Assembly (NCBI GenBank): GCA_015055805.1
Contig: SVHN01000003.1
Coordinates: 96,503 to 160,502 of the forward strand
DNA from: Clostridiales bacterium
GTDB lineage: Bacteria > Bacillota > Clostridia > Christensenellales > Borkfalkiaceae
DNA length: 64,000 nucleotides
Reading direction: 5' to 3'
Below are positions 28,686 to 37,246 of this stretch, piece by piece (position 1 is the first letter of the stretch; every line of letters begins with the position of its first letter). Made by a program: the position numbers and the translations under genes. The notes beneath the pieces are model-generated. The model saw nothing but the letters and a program-made list of their open reading frames with translations. It made no database searches and had not been told where the DNA came from.

Positions 28686-28714
28686 ATTATAGCAAAACAA
28701 TTTAAAAATGTAAA
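28686..28714 (-). promoter_or_regulatory. Putative sigma-A promoter reading toward R2, R1 and tRNA-Gly (TTTACA-17-TATAAT)
   Basis: On the minus strand, TTTACA is at 28714..28709 and TATAAT at 28691..28686, with a 17-nt spacer. It would give the tRNA a roughly 200-nt 5' leader. Confidence 0.5.
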
Positions 28715-28733
28715 CGCAAATTAAGTGAAAATA

Positions 28734-28762
28734 TTGATAAATTTTTATTTATATGTTATAAT
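28734..28762 (+). promoter_or_regulatory. Putative sigma-A promoter of the SPFH/zinc-ribbon gene (TTGATA-17-TATAAT)
   Basis: TTGATA at 28734..28739 and TATAAT at 28757..28762, with a 17-nt spacer. It lies 33 nt upstream of the ATG. Confidence 0.5.
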
Positions 28763-28794
28763 TTGTTAAAAATTACTTGGTAGGAGTTTTAATT

Positions 28795-29853
28795 ATGGCT
28801 TTGTTTTTGAAAATTATCGAGTGGGCGGATAACTCTAAGGATACTTTGGTTCATAAATTCCCACTTCCCAAGGGCGGAAGAGAGATTAACCATAAGAGCA
28901 AACTTATTGTTCGCGAATCACAACAGGCTATTTTTGTTCATAAAGGGCAGATTTGCGATATCTTCCCTGCTGGTACTTATAACCTTAACACCGACATATT
29001 CCCTATTCTTTCTAAACTTGCCGGTTGGAAATATGGATTCCAGACACCTATATCCGTTGACGTATATTTTGTAAACACTAAACAGTTCACGGGGCACAAG
29101 TGGGGAACGTCTAACCCCATTATGATGCGCGACCCTGAATTCGGCATGATAAGAGTTAAAGGATATGGGTCTTACGCCTTCAAGGTTGACGACGCTGGCG
29201 TTTTCTTAAAAGAATTATTCGGCACCAACTCTTCTTTCGTAACCGAAGATATTACCGACTGGCTTAAAACAATGCTAGTTTCCGCGCTTACAGACGCTAT
29301 AGGTGAAAGCAGAATTTCCGCGCTTGACTTAGCAGGAAACACCATTGAGTTCAATCAAATAGTAAAGGCAAACATACAGAACAAGTTCAAAGAGATAGGT
29401 CTTCTTCTTACCAACCTATTTATTGAGAATATGTCCGTTCCCAAAGAAGTTGAACAGGCTATCGACGAACGCAGCAAACTCGGCATACTCGGCGACAAGA
29501 CTGACGTCATGATGAAAGTCGCTGCGGCTGAGGCAATGAAAGACGCTGCCAAAAATCCCGGTATGGGCGGCGCGTTTATGGGCGCGGGCGTAGGTATAGG
29601 CGCAGGCGCAGGCATGGGCGCAGTTTTCGCAGATGCATTTAAACAAAGCAATACCCCTACCCCCGAAAAACAAACGGCTCAACCGACTTCGACATCAAAA
29701 AAATGTCCGTCGTGCGGAGCGGATATCGGTGCCAAATCCAAGTTTTGTCCTGAGTGTGGCGCAAAACTTCCCACCAAAAAATTCTGTTCGGAATGTGGCG
29801 CGGAACTCTCTTCCACGGCTAAATTCTGCCCAGAGTGCGGTGCAAAACAATAA
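28795..29853 (+). CDS. SPFH (band-7/stomatin-like) domain protein with a Gly/Ala-rich linker and C-terminal tandem zinc ribbons (B. subtilis YdjI-like architecture)
   Basis: The ATG at 28795 follows TAGGAG, and the listed start at 28777 is an alternative codon. The N-terminal roughly 240 aa are SPFH-like. A GMGGAFMGAGVGIGAGAGMG linker follows, then CPSCGA..KFCPECGAK..KFCSECGAE..KFCPECGAK. Confidence 0.8.
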   Translation: MALFLKIIEWADNSKDTLVHKFPLPKGGREINHKSKLIVRESQQAIFVHKGQICDIFPAGTYNLNTDIFPILSKLAGWKYGFQTPISVDVYFVNTKQFTGHKWGTSNPIMMRDPEFGMIRVKGYGSYAFKVDDAGVFLKELFGTNSSFVTEDITDWLKTMLVSALTDAIGESRISALDLAGNTIEFNQIVKANIQNKFKEIGLLLTNLFIENMSVPKEVEQAIDERSKLGILGDKTDVMMKVAAAEAMKDAAKNPGMGGAFMGAGVGIGAGAGMGAVFADAFKQSNTPTPEKQTAQPTSTSKKCPSCGADIGAKSKFCPECGAKLPTKKFCSECGAELSSTAKFCPECGAKQ

Positions 29854-29875
29854 ATAAAAGTCAAGATTATATGAC

Positions 29876-29905
29876 AAAAACGCGCAAATAAATTTGCGCG
29901 TTTTT
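29876..29905. terminator. Bidirectional terminator (CGCGCAAA / TTTGCGCG)
   Basis: 8-bp stem flanked by A5 and T5, lying between convergent genes. Confidence 0.75.
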
Positions 29906-29912
29906 CATTTAG

Positions 29913-30488
29913 TTAAATTAAACCGTATAATATTATGCCAAGAATTGCAGCAATAAGTATTAAAAGTATAGGCGACAAAACTTTTTTCTTCCAAATCTTT
30001 GCCGTATAATACACAGCCGCAACAACGATAAACACAACTAGTGCTTTCCAGTCGAAACTTACGCCGTTTGCTATTGCACCGAGCGAAAAGATTACGCTGA
30101 GCACCATAGTAATACCCGTTGCTATGATAAGTCCTACTACTACAGGTCTTAATCCGCTCAAAAAGCCTTGCACCCCTGCAAACTTCATTAGCCCGCTAAC
30201 TAGCGACGCCACGACAAGAATTATTATAAAGGACGGCAAAACTACGCCAAGCGTTGCAAACATTGCGCCCAGCACTCCGCCTTGCGAAGACCCGATAAAG
30301 GTCGCCATATTAATAGCTATCGGGCCGGGCGTAGATTCCGCTACTGCTATAAAGTTCATTACTTGCGAGTTCGTAAGTCCGTATCTTAGTGCCTCTTCGG
30401 TGAACAGCGGTATCATAGCATAGCCACCGCCGAAAGACACCGCGCCGATTTTAAAGAAGGTCAAAAATAAGTCTAAAACAATAGGCAT
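29913..30488 (-). CDS. Chromate transporter family protein (short-chain CHR, second half of a pair)
   Basis: FKIGAVSFGGGYAMIPL and AVAESTPGPIAINMATFIG are CHR motifs. Confidence 0.8.
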   Translation of the reverse strand: MPIVLDLFLTFFKIGAVSFGGGYAMIPLFTEEALRYGLTNSQVMNFIAVAESTPGPIAINMATFIGSSQGGVLGAMFATLGVVLPSFIIILVVASLVSGLMKFAGVQGFLSGLRPVVVGLIIATGITMVLSVIFSLGAIANGVSFDWKALVVFIVVAAVYYTAKIWKKKVLSPILLILIAAILGIILYGLI

Positions 30489-31114
30489 TATTCACCCTCC
30501 TTTTCGTCATTTAAATCGCTACCCATTTGAACGATAGTTTTTTGTTTGCGAGTTTTTATATAAGTTATAAGGTACGCGGTAAGCCCTACCACACCGCCTA
30601 TAAGGATATAGAAGATGGAAGAGAAACTTACGGCAAGTAGCGATAGAGTTACAAAGCACAGTACGGTAAGCGAAGTCATGATTATACCGAACACGCTTTT
30701 TTTGACCTTCTTTAACATCTTTATTCCTGCGTTAAGGATAAGGAAAGCAACTGCTGCCTGTATTCCGCGGAAAGCGTAAGCCACCCACTCAATAGCAAGA
30801 AAGGCATCAAAAAACAAAGATATAATAAAAATTATGATAAACGACGGCAGCACCACGCCTAAGGTTGCAAACACCGAGCCTAAAACGCCTGCAATCTTAT
30901 ACCCTACGTAGGTCGCGGAATTTATCGCTAGCGGTCCCGGTGTAGATTCGGCAATAGCGATTAAATCGACGAATTCGTCGTGGTTAATCCATTGTTTTTT
31001 TTCGACTATTTCGCGTTCAATAATGGCGATCATTGCGTATCCGCCGCCAAAAGTGAACAGACCGATTTTAAACATCGCTAAAAATAATCTTAAAACTCTT
31101 TTAAGTTTTTCCAT
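30488..31114 (-). CDS. Chromate transporter family protein (short-chain CHR, first half of a pair)
   Basis: FKIGLFTFGGGYAMIAI and AIAESTPGPLAINSATYVG. It overlaps its partner by 1 nt. Confidence 0.8.
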   Translation of the reverse strand: MEKLKRVLRLFLAMFKIGLFTFGGGYAMIAIIEREIVEKKQWINHDEFVDLIAIAESTPGPLAINSATYVGYKIAGVLGSVFATLGVVLPSFIIIFIISLFFDAFLAIEWVAYAFRGIQAAVAFLILNAGIKMLKKVKKSVFGIIMTSLTVLCFVTLSLLAVSFSSIFYILIGGVVGLTAYLITYIKTRKQKTIVQMGSDLNDEKEGE

Positions 31115-31202
31115 AACTTTCCTTGTAAATTTATTTCAATCTTATCCTATTTCTTATTATATTATTATCGGCAAAGTAAATCAATCTTTTTTACGACAAA
31201 AT

Positions 31203-31232
31203 AAAAAATCGGTGAAATTTCCACCGATTTTT
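31203..31232. terminator. Terminator after the PfkB-kinase operon (AATCGGTG / CACCGATT)
   Basis: 8-bp stem flanked by A6 and T5. Confidence 0.7.
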
Positions 31233-31256
31233 ATAATCTTATTATTTTAAGCGTAG

Positions 31257-32252
31257 TTAATTAAGGCAATCTTTTAGTCTGTCTTTATGCGTAACACCGC
31301 CGACAGAGTCGGGCGCGGAAAGACAATTTACAGCAACAAGGTTTGCAAAGGAAAGCATTTCTTCATCAGAATAATTGTTATAGATTGCATATAAGCACCC
31401 TGCACAGAAAGCGTCGCCTGCGCCCACGCTGCCCTTGATAAAGCCTTTTTTAAGTTTGATTGATGCAACAGCCGTATAGTTACCTGATTTGTCAAGGCAA
31501 AATCCTTTCTCTGGGCAATGAACGACGACTTTTTCTTTAACGCCGAAAGCAATAAGTTTTGAAAGTATTTGCTTTACGTTTTCTTCTATTAAATTACCGT
31601 CTTTATCGCGCGGCTCAATGCCGACGATTTGCCCTGCCTCTATCTCGTTGATTATAACGTAATCGCAATTCGGAAGTGCTGCTGATGCAACCTTATAGAA
31701 GTTTCCGCTACTTTCACTAACTAAGTCGATTGAAGTCTTTATCCCAAGTGCTTGCGCGGCTTTTAAAAACTCCGACATAGGCGTCGTTCCGTCGGGATTA
31801 ATCTTATCAAACCCGTCGAGCAACATTAGATATCCAGCGTGTAAAATTTTTGCAGTCACCTTTTCTAGTTCAACGTCCGAAGGATTAAATTCCTTGTTTG
31901 CGCCGCGGTGGTGGAAGAAAGTTCTTTCACCCGTGCCAGAAACTGTCATAACGTCCGAATAAGAAGTGGGCGCAGTCGTGCTGACCTTAACCCCAGACAC
32001 GTCCAAACCGACCTTTTTCATTTGGTTAACTACAAATTCGCCTTTATAGTCTGAGCCTACCCTGCCGTAAGCGTAAACGTCAAGTTCGGGATCAAGTTTT
32101 TTAATATCTATTCCCGTGTTCGGTACGCAACCGCCCACCGCAAGGGATTCGTCGGTTATAGTAACAAGCATACCTTTTTCGGGATAGCTGCCTATCATCT
32201 TTACGTTGTCGGTAAGTATATTACCAGCAAGCGCTATACCTTTTCTTTCCAT
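31257..32252 (-). CDS. PfkB-family carbohydrate kinase
   Basis: Ribokinase-like fold with the C-terminal GAGDAFCAG anion-hole motif. Confidence 0.8.
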   Translation of the reverse strand: MERKGIALAGNILTDNVKMIGSYPEKGMLVTITDESLAVGGCVPNTGIDIKKLDPELDVYAYGRVGSDYKGEFVVNQMKKVGLDVSGVKVSTTAPTSYSDVMTVSGTGERTFFHHRGANKEFNPSDVELEKVTAKILHAGYLMLLDGFDKINPDGTTPMSEFLKAAQALGIKTSIDLVSESSGNFYKVASAALPNCDYVIINEIEAGQIVGIEPRDKDGNLIEENVKQILSKLIAFGVKEKVVVHCPEKGFCLDKSGNYTAVASIKLKKGFIKGSVGAGDAFCAGCLYAIYNNYSDEEMLSFANLVAVNCLSAPDSVGGVTHKDRLKDCLN

Positions 32253-32253
32253 A

Positions 32254-33471
32254 TTATACCCTCATAGTTTTTCCGCTTAACTCTTCAACGTATTTAACGA
32301 GCGCAGAGATTTGTTTACCGTTTCTTATCATGTCGTAAAGCGTTACTATAAGGTCGGTCATATTGCCGTGGTAATCGCAGTATTTTTTAAGCGTTTCTTT
32401 TGCGCCGTTCTCTTTTGCAAAAGCTGAGAGTTCTATACTGCTATCGTCACCGTCCGGGTTAAAATTCATACCCGCAGCAATACCTATGCACAAAAATTCA
32501 CAGGGAAGTCCGTGTTTTTCCGCAAGGTTTAACGCGCCGATAAGACGGTCGTTTGACGACAACTTTCTCTTGGTATCCTTTCCCACCCTACTAACGGTAT
32601 CTGCAAGTGCTTTGTTGGTAAAACGGTAAAGAAGATTTTCCGCATGTGGTAAAAGCTCTTCAATGTTTACGCCGTTTTCTTTTGCTATAGCAAGCGCAGA
32701 TTGAACGAGCGCGCGGTAAGCAACGTACTTAATATCAAAGTCGGCAACCGTTTCGTAAATATACTCGTAGTTCCTTAAAAATCCAAGGTACGCGCAAGTT
32801 GCGTGACTCATATTGTGCATAAACAACTTTCTCTGTATAAACAGATTGAACGGTTCGTACGGATAAAGTTTTTCTAAGTTCGGAATTTCACCTTTGAACG
32901 CAGCCTTATCTACAGGTAAAATATTATACGGTTCAACAGCAACGCGGAGCGGGTTACCCTTCCTCTTTTCTTCGGAAAGCATAGGTACCATTCTGCCGAT
33001 ACTTGCTTCAACAAAACCTACTTCGTTGTCGATTTTATCTGCGTATTCTGGGATTTGCTCTTTTATAAGACCTTTAAGGAAGTGGTCTGCGCCGATAAGG
33101 TTTTCACAAATAATGATATTGAACGGCTTTGCGCCCCTTTCAAACCTTTTCTTTAATCCCAAAGCAATGGGCTTAGCAATAAACTTTAACACGTTCACAC
33201 CGATAGCCGTTGCCATAATATCTGCCGCTGCTATCTCTTCAGAAACGAGTTCAATATCGCTGCCGTCTATACCGTAAGCGTTTTTAACGATAATCTCTTC
33301 CGTTCCAGAATTGCTAACCACGTCCACGGGGTATTCTTTATCTTGATTAAGCCTTGCGATAAACTCTTTGTTTATATCTACAAAGCCAACCGAATAACCT
33401 GCGCCCGAAAACAACTGTCCGATAAAACCTCTGCCGATATTTCCTGCGCCGTACATTATAAATTTTTTCAT
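32254..33471 (-). CDS. Mannitol-1-phosphate 5-dehydrogenase-like (MtlD family) polyol-phosphate dehydrogenase
   Basis: The N-terminus MYGAGNIGRGFIGQLFSGAGYSVGFVDIN closely parallels MtlD (HFGAGNIGRGFIG..). Confidence 0.7.
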   Translation of the reverse strand: MKKFIMYGAGNIGRGFIGQLFSGAGYSVGFVDINKEFIARLNQDKEYPVDVVSNSGTEEIIVKNAYGIDGSDIELVSEEIAAADIMATAIGVNVLKFIAKPIALGLKKRFERGAKPFNIIICENLIGADHFLKGLIKEQIPEYADKIDNEVGFVEASIGRMVPMLSEEKRKGNPLRVAVEPYNILPVDKAAFKGEIPNLEKLYPYEPFNLFIQRKLFMHNMSHATCAYLGFLRNYEYIYETVADFDIKYVAYRALVQSALAIAKENGVNIEELLPHAENLLYRFTNKALADTVSRVGKDTKRKLSSNDRLIGALNLAEKHGLPCEFLCIGIAAGMNFNPDGDDSSIELSAFAKENGAKETLKKYCDYHGNMTDLIVTLYDMIRNGKQISALVKYVEELSGKTMRV

Positions 33472-33498
33472 AATCTCACCAAAAATTAAGTATGGTTT

Positions 33499-34443
33499 TT
33501 AGTTCATATCGGGAACTAACGGACCAGCAAGTTCTTTAAGGAAGAACAATCTTCCGGGGATAGTGGGAATAAACGAAGAAGTTACCCATCTGCTAGGCGT
33601 ATATCTAAGCGTCATCCAAAGGCTCATACCCTGCCATTGCATACCGCGAGAGAATACGCCGTCCGCACCGCCGATTGCATAGTCCGCTTGAAACATAAGT
33701 CCCGGTCCTATGGTGTTAGCACGGCAGGGAACGAGCGAAGTTCTTGACTTAAACGACGTGATAGCGTTCTGTTCAATGGTTAGTGGGTGAAGTTTTGCAC
33801 CGATTCTATAAGGCTGTGCTTTCCACTCTTCGTCAGAAGAAAATTCCGAACCGAACTGTGGTTCCCAGAACGCGATATGACACATTCTGCCGATACCGTA
33901 AACAAGTACGAGTTTTGCGCCGTCTTTTTTAAGAGCTGCAATCTTCTCTGGATAAGTGGGAAGATTTTCTTTGGTTGCAAAGTTTCTGTGATCCTTAGGA
34001 ACGGTAAGTTCACCCAAGGGGTTATAGAAAGCCGTTTCCATTGCGTTCTGGAAAGATGCTTCGCCCGTTATGGTGTTACCTTCAGCATCTGCCCATTCGT
34101 CCATATTAAAGCACCAAACGTTCTTACAAGAAACGTTCCACTCTTTAAGGAAGTAAACCGCCCATTTATACATACCCATAGGTCCTACGGGAAGAATAAA
34201 CGCAAGTTTTTGATTGTTTTCGTTTGCTTTTCTTATTTCATTTGCTATTTCGTGACCCATTTTTACGTCAAACTCGGTAAGGTCTTTGCACTCGATAGGT
34301 GTAAATTTCTCGTTCCAGAAATCCTGTCTTTCGGTTACCGATTCGGGTGCGTTACTGCAACACTTATCGATCTTTTCAAAGTCCCAACCTTCGGGATAAA
34401 ATCCTTCTAACAAACTGCCTTTTACCGTTGAATTAAAATCCAT
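33499..34443 (-). CDS. Glucosamine-6-phosphate isomerase/6-phosphogluconolactonase-superfamily protein (long NagB-like)
   Basis: NagB-like core strings: [19 protein letters not shown] and [18 protein letters not shown]. It is about 50 aa longer than canonical NagB. Confidence 0.65.
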   Translation of the reverse strand: MDFNSTVKGSLLEGFYPEGWDFEKIDKCCSNAPESVTERQDFWNEKFTPIECKDLTEFDVKMGHEIANEIRKANENNQKLAFILPVGPMGMYKWAVYFLKEWNVSCKNVWCFNMDEWADAEGNTITGEASFQNAMETAFYNPLGELTVPKDHRNFATKENLPTYPEKIAALKKDGAKLVLVYGIGRMCHIAFWEPQFGSEFSSDEEWKAQPYRIGAKLHPLTIEQNAITSFKSRTSLVPCRANTIGPGLMFQADYAIGGADGVFSRGMQWQGMSLWMTLRYTPSRWVTSSFIPTIPGRLFFLKELAGPLVPDMN

Positions 34444-34474
34444 CTTTTTTCTCCTTTAATGATTGATTATATTA

Positions 34475-35491
34475 TTATCTTTTATCGTCGTTATAAATAC
34501 GCTCAACAAGTTCCTGAACGTGAACAGCCCTATCCGTATAAGCATAGTCTGTCTTGCCACTTCTTAACTTCTTGCAGAAATTGTTGATCTGTTTAAGATA
34601 AAGGTTTGACTGCGCGCCTTGGTAAACTATCGGCTCGTTAGTCGTGCGGTTCTGCGCTGCAACGTAATCGCCCTGTGGTGAATACAAGTGCATAAGCTTA
34701 CCTTTTTCTTCTTGGGCAAGCGTGCCTTCGCAAACGATATAACCTTTATCACCGTAAAGTTCAAACTTGCTTACGGACGCATTGTCGGGTACGTTAAAGT
34801 TTACGTCGATATGACCAAGAACGCCGCCTTTGGTTCTAAATATCATAACTGCGCCGTCTTCAACTTCGTAACTGAAAGTTCTTGTCGAATAGAAAGACTT
34901 AACGTCGGTTATCTCATCTTCAAGCACGTCTTCAATAAGTTCGATTGCGTGAACGGCAAGGTCCATTACCGCACCGCCCCCACCGAGCGATTTGTTTTGA
35001 CGCCACGCACCTGGGATATCGGGATACCAGCAAGAAAACTGCGCCCTTACGTCGTTTACCTTGCCGATACCGTCTTGCTTTATTATGTCTTTGGCTTTTA
35101 AGTGTAGGTTATGATATTTCATCATATATCCTATCTCTAACTGTTTTCCTGCGTCCTTAAACGCCTTGACCAGTTTTGCACCGTCTTTTGCCGTTAAGCA
35201 TACGGGCTTTTCCACGAACACGTGTCTATCGTACGACAACGCAAGCATTGCTTGCTCGTAATGCTTAAACACGGGCGTTGCAATATACACGGCGTCACAC
35301 TCTACGCTCTTTAACATTTCTTCTTCGGACGTAAAGTATTTTGCGCCGTACTTTTTGCCCACACGTTCCGCCGTTTCAGCGACGGTATCCATGACTGCAA
35401 CTAATTGGTTGTCTTTGTCTTCAAGTATTGCAGGTATAGTGCGCCTATCAGCTATACCGCCTGCGCCTATTACACACCATCTAATTCTCAT
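34475..35491 (-). CDS. Gfo/Idh/MocA family NAD(P)-dependent sugar oxidoreductase
   Basis: MRIRWCVIGAGGIADRR Rossmann start. The ATG at 35491 follows GGAGAAAACT, and an alternative ATG lies at 35503. EKP motif (VFVEKPV). Confidence 0.85.
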   Translation of the reverse strand: MRIRWCVIGAGGIADRRTIPAILEDKDNQLVAVMDTVAETAERVGKKYGAKYFTSEEEMLKSVECDAVYIATPVFKHYEQAMLALSYDRHVFVEKPVCLTAKDGAKLVKAFKDAGKQLEIGYMMKYHNLHLKAKDIIKQDGIGKVNDVRAQFSCWYPDIPGAWRQNKSLGGGGAVMDLAVHAIELIEDVLEDEITDVKSFYSTRTFSYEVEDGAVMIFRTKGGVLGHIDVNFNVPDNASVSKFELYGDKGYIVCEGTLAQEEKGKLMHLYSPQGDYVAAQNRTTNEPIVYQGAQSNLYLKQINNFCKKLRSGKTDYAYTDRAVHVQELVERIYNDDKR

Positions 35492-35504
35492 AGTTTTCTC
35501 CATA

Positions 35505-36230
35505 TTATTCAGGTAATAATCTCTTGGTAGTACCTTTTAGGTATACTTGGCATTGTCTAAACCCTTCGGCATACTCTGCGCCGCATTGATAACCGCGGTA
35601 TCTAGAACAAGTCTTAACCATATCGGGGAAGTCAATGTGGTCGTGATCTCTCATCCACACTATTTGACTTTCATGACAGTTGAGCATTTTAAGTTTCAAG
35701 TCGAGCGTTTCGGTAATATCAACGTACATAGTCGGGTTAAAGTTTACGCCCGCCAAAGTATCCATATAATAGATAGGAACGAGTTTTGCAGGCGTGTCGT
35801 CCTTAGTAAATTTATGAACGCTGCATTTATAGTTTGGTAGCGTTGCCGTAAAGCTTGCATCAAAAACCAGTTTACTTACCGAAGTATGGTCGGGCATATA
35901 GTCCTCTGGGTCGTGGGTTATTATTAAATCGGGGTTAGCGTATCTTATAACGTCTACCATCTTATCCCTTGCCGCTTTATTGTTTTCGTAAATTTCCAAA
36001 TCGTCAAAGCCGCCCCAAATAACTTCAATACCTGCAAGCGCACCTGCTTTTTTAGCCTCGTTCGCTCTCATAACCGAAAGTTCGTCCGGTGGAATAATAA
36101 CGTGACCTAAATTACCGCTCGACGTGTGGCAAACTATTACCGTGTCGCCCCTTTGAACGCATTTAGCAAGAGTGCCTGAACAAGCGATTTCAATATCATC
36201 TGGGTGACAACCTATCGCAAGAATTCTCAT
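35505..36230 (-). CDS. PIG-L/LmbE family N-acetylglucosaminyl deacetylase
   Basis: MRILAIGCHPDDIEI (the AHPDDE-type zinc motif) and ITHDPEDYMPDH. Confidence 0.8.
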   Translation of the reverse strand: MRILAIGCHPDDIEIACSGTLAKCVQRGDTVIVCHTSSGNLGHVIIPPDELSVMRANEAKKAGALAGIEVIWGGFDDLEIYENNKAARDKMVDVIRYANPDLIITHDPEDYMPDHTSVSKLVFDASFTATLPNYKCSVHKFTKDDTPAKLVPIYYMDTLAGVNFNPTMYVDITETLDLKLKMLNCHESQIVWMRDHDHIDFPDMVKTCSRYRGYQCGAEYAEGFRQCQVYLKGTTKRLLPE

Positions 36231-36273
36231 ACTTTTTTCTCCTTTATTGAAAGTTTAAAATCAACTTACTCTA

Positions 36274-36302
36274 ATTTTAATACATATATTTCCAAATTGC
36301 AA
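36274..36302 (-). promoter_or_regulatory. Putative promoter of the PIG-L operon (TTGCAA-17-TAAAAT)
   Basis: On the minus strand, TTGCAA is at 36302..36297 and TAAAAT at 36279..36274. Confidence 0.4.
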
Positions 36303-36307
36303 TAGAT

Positions 36308-36367
36308 AATAATATACAAAAAGGGTAAAATAATATACTTGCTAAAAATTTATTATTGTGTTATACT
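36308..36367 (+). promoter_or_regulatory. AraC-1 promoter with two 10-nt direct repeats abutting the -35; apparently a leaderless transcript
   Basis: AATAATATAC occurs at 36308..36317 and 36329..36338, 21 nt apart. TTGCTA is at 36339..36344 and TATACT at 36362..36367 (17-nt spacer). The ATG lies 6 nt downstream, at 36374, with no SD. Confidence 0.45.
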
Positions 36368-36373
36368 CTATAC

Positions 36374-37246
36374 ATGAGAAAATATTTTAAGCATAAAATC
36401 AAGAGTCTTTTGGTTATTAGTAGAATTGTTTCAATACATTACTTAGAGCCCGAAGAGCCTATGAGACAGGAAGAAGAACATCACGATTTTTGGGAAGCGG
36501 TTTTCGTTTTTAAGGGTCTTGCGACCTACGCTCAAGCTGGTCAAAGCTTTGAACTTAAAGAAGGGCAAATGGTTTTCCACTCCCCCAACGTCAGCCACGC
36601 CCTATCTTGCGATAAAGGAACGAAAATTTTCGTCGTATCGTTCGAGTGCTTATCCGAGGCAATGCGGTTTTTTGACGCGCGGACGGTAAAATTAAAGCAG
36701 CGACAAACTGCGTTCGTAAGGGAAATTATTGAGATTGCAAAAAAGACTTACGATATAACCTTTTATAATTCGGATATAGAACTTTTAAGTCTTCTTCCGC
36801 AACCAACTCTCGGTGGCGAACAACTAATTAAGAATTATTTAGAAATGCTACTTATCGACATTATGCGTTCGCTTACAGAAACCGAGTACGGCAACGACGT
36901 CTTTTTGCAAGAAACTGAAATAAACAACAAACTTGCGGAAGATATTATTAAAATCTTAAAGGCTAACCTATTCACGCGACTTTCAATCGACGATATAGCA
37001 AAGAAAATAAGTTACAGCAAAGCGTATATATTTAGGCAGTTTAAGTCTGCTACGAACAAAAGCGTTATGGATTACTATCTAGACTTAAAAATCAAGGCGG
37101 CAAAAGAAATGCTAAGGGGCGACGATATGTCGGTAAAAGAGATATCCGAAAAACTTGCCTTTGATTCATCTAACTATTTTACTAAAACTTTCAAAAAACT
37201 TACGGGACTAACGCCAACAGAATACAAAAAGCGCGCAATCGTTTGA
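36374..37246 (+). CDS. AraC-family transcriptional regulator (cupin sensor plus dual HTH)
   Basis: The C-terminus, SIDDIAKKISYSKAYIFRQFK....SVKEISEKLAFDSSNYFTKTFKKLTGLTPTEYKK, is a classic AraC HTH pair. I prefer the start at 36374; the listed start at 36356 is a non-ATG codon. Confidence 0.85.
   Translation: MRKYFKHKIKSLLVISRIVSIHYLEPEEPMRQEEEHHDFWEAVFVFKGLATYAQAGQSFELKEGQMVFHSPNVSHALSCDKGTKIFVVSFECLSEAMRFFDARTVKLKQRQTAFVREIIEIAKKTYDITFYNSDIELLSLLPQPTLGGEQLIKNYLEMLLIDIMRSLTETEYGNDVFLQETEINNKLAEDIIKILKANLFTRLSIDDIAKKISYSKAYIFRQFKSATNKSVMDYYLDLKIKAAKEMLRGDDMSVKEISEKLAFDSSNYFTKTFKKLTGLTPTEYKKRAIV

Noticed and set aside
29913-31114. Two adjacent half-size chromate transporter ORFs could be a frameshifted pseudogene of a full-length chrA.
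   Set aside because: Both halves begin with their own FKIG..FGGGYAMI motif and are of similar length, which matches known short-chain CHR pairs such as B. subtilis YwrA/YwrB. The 1-nt overlap is normal coupling.
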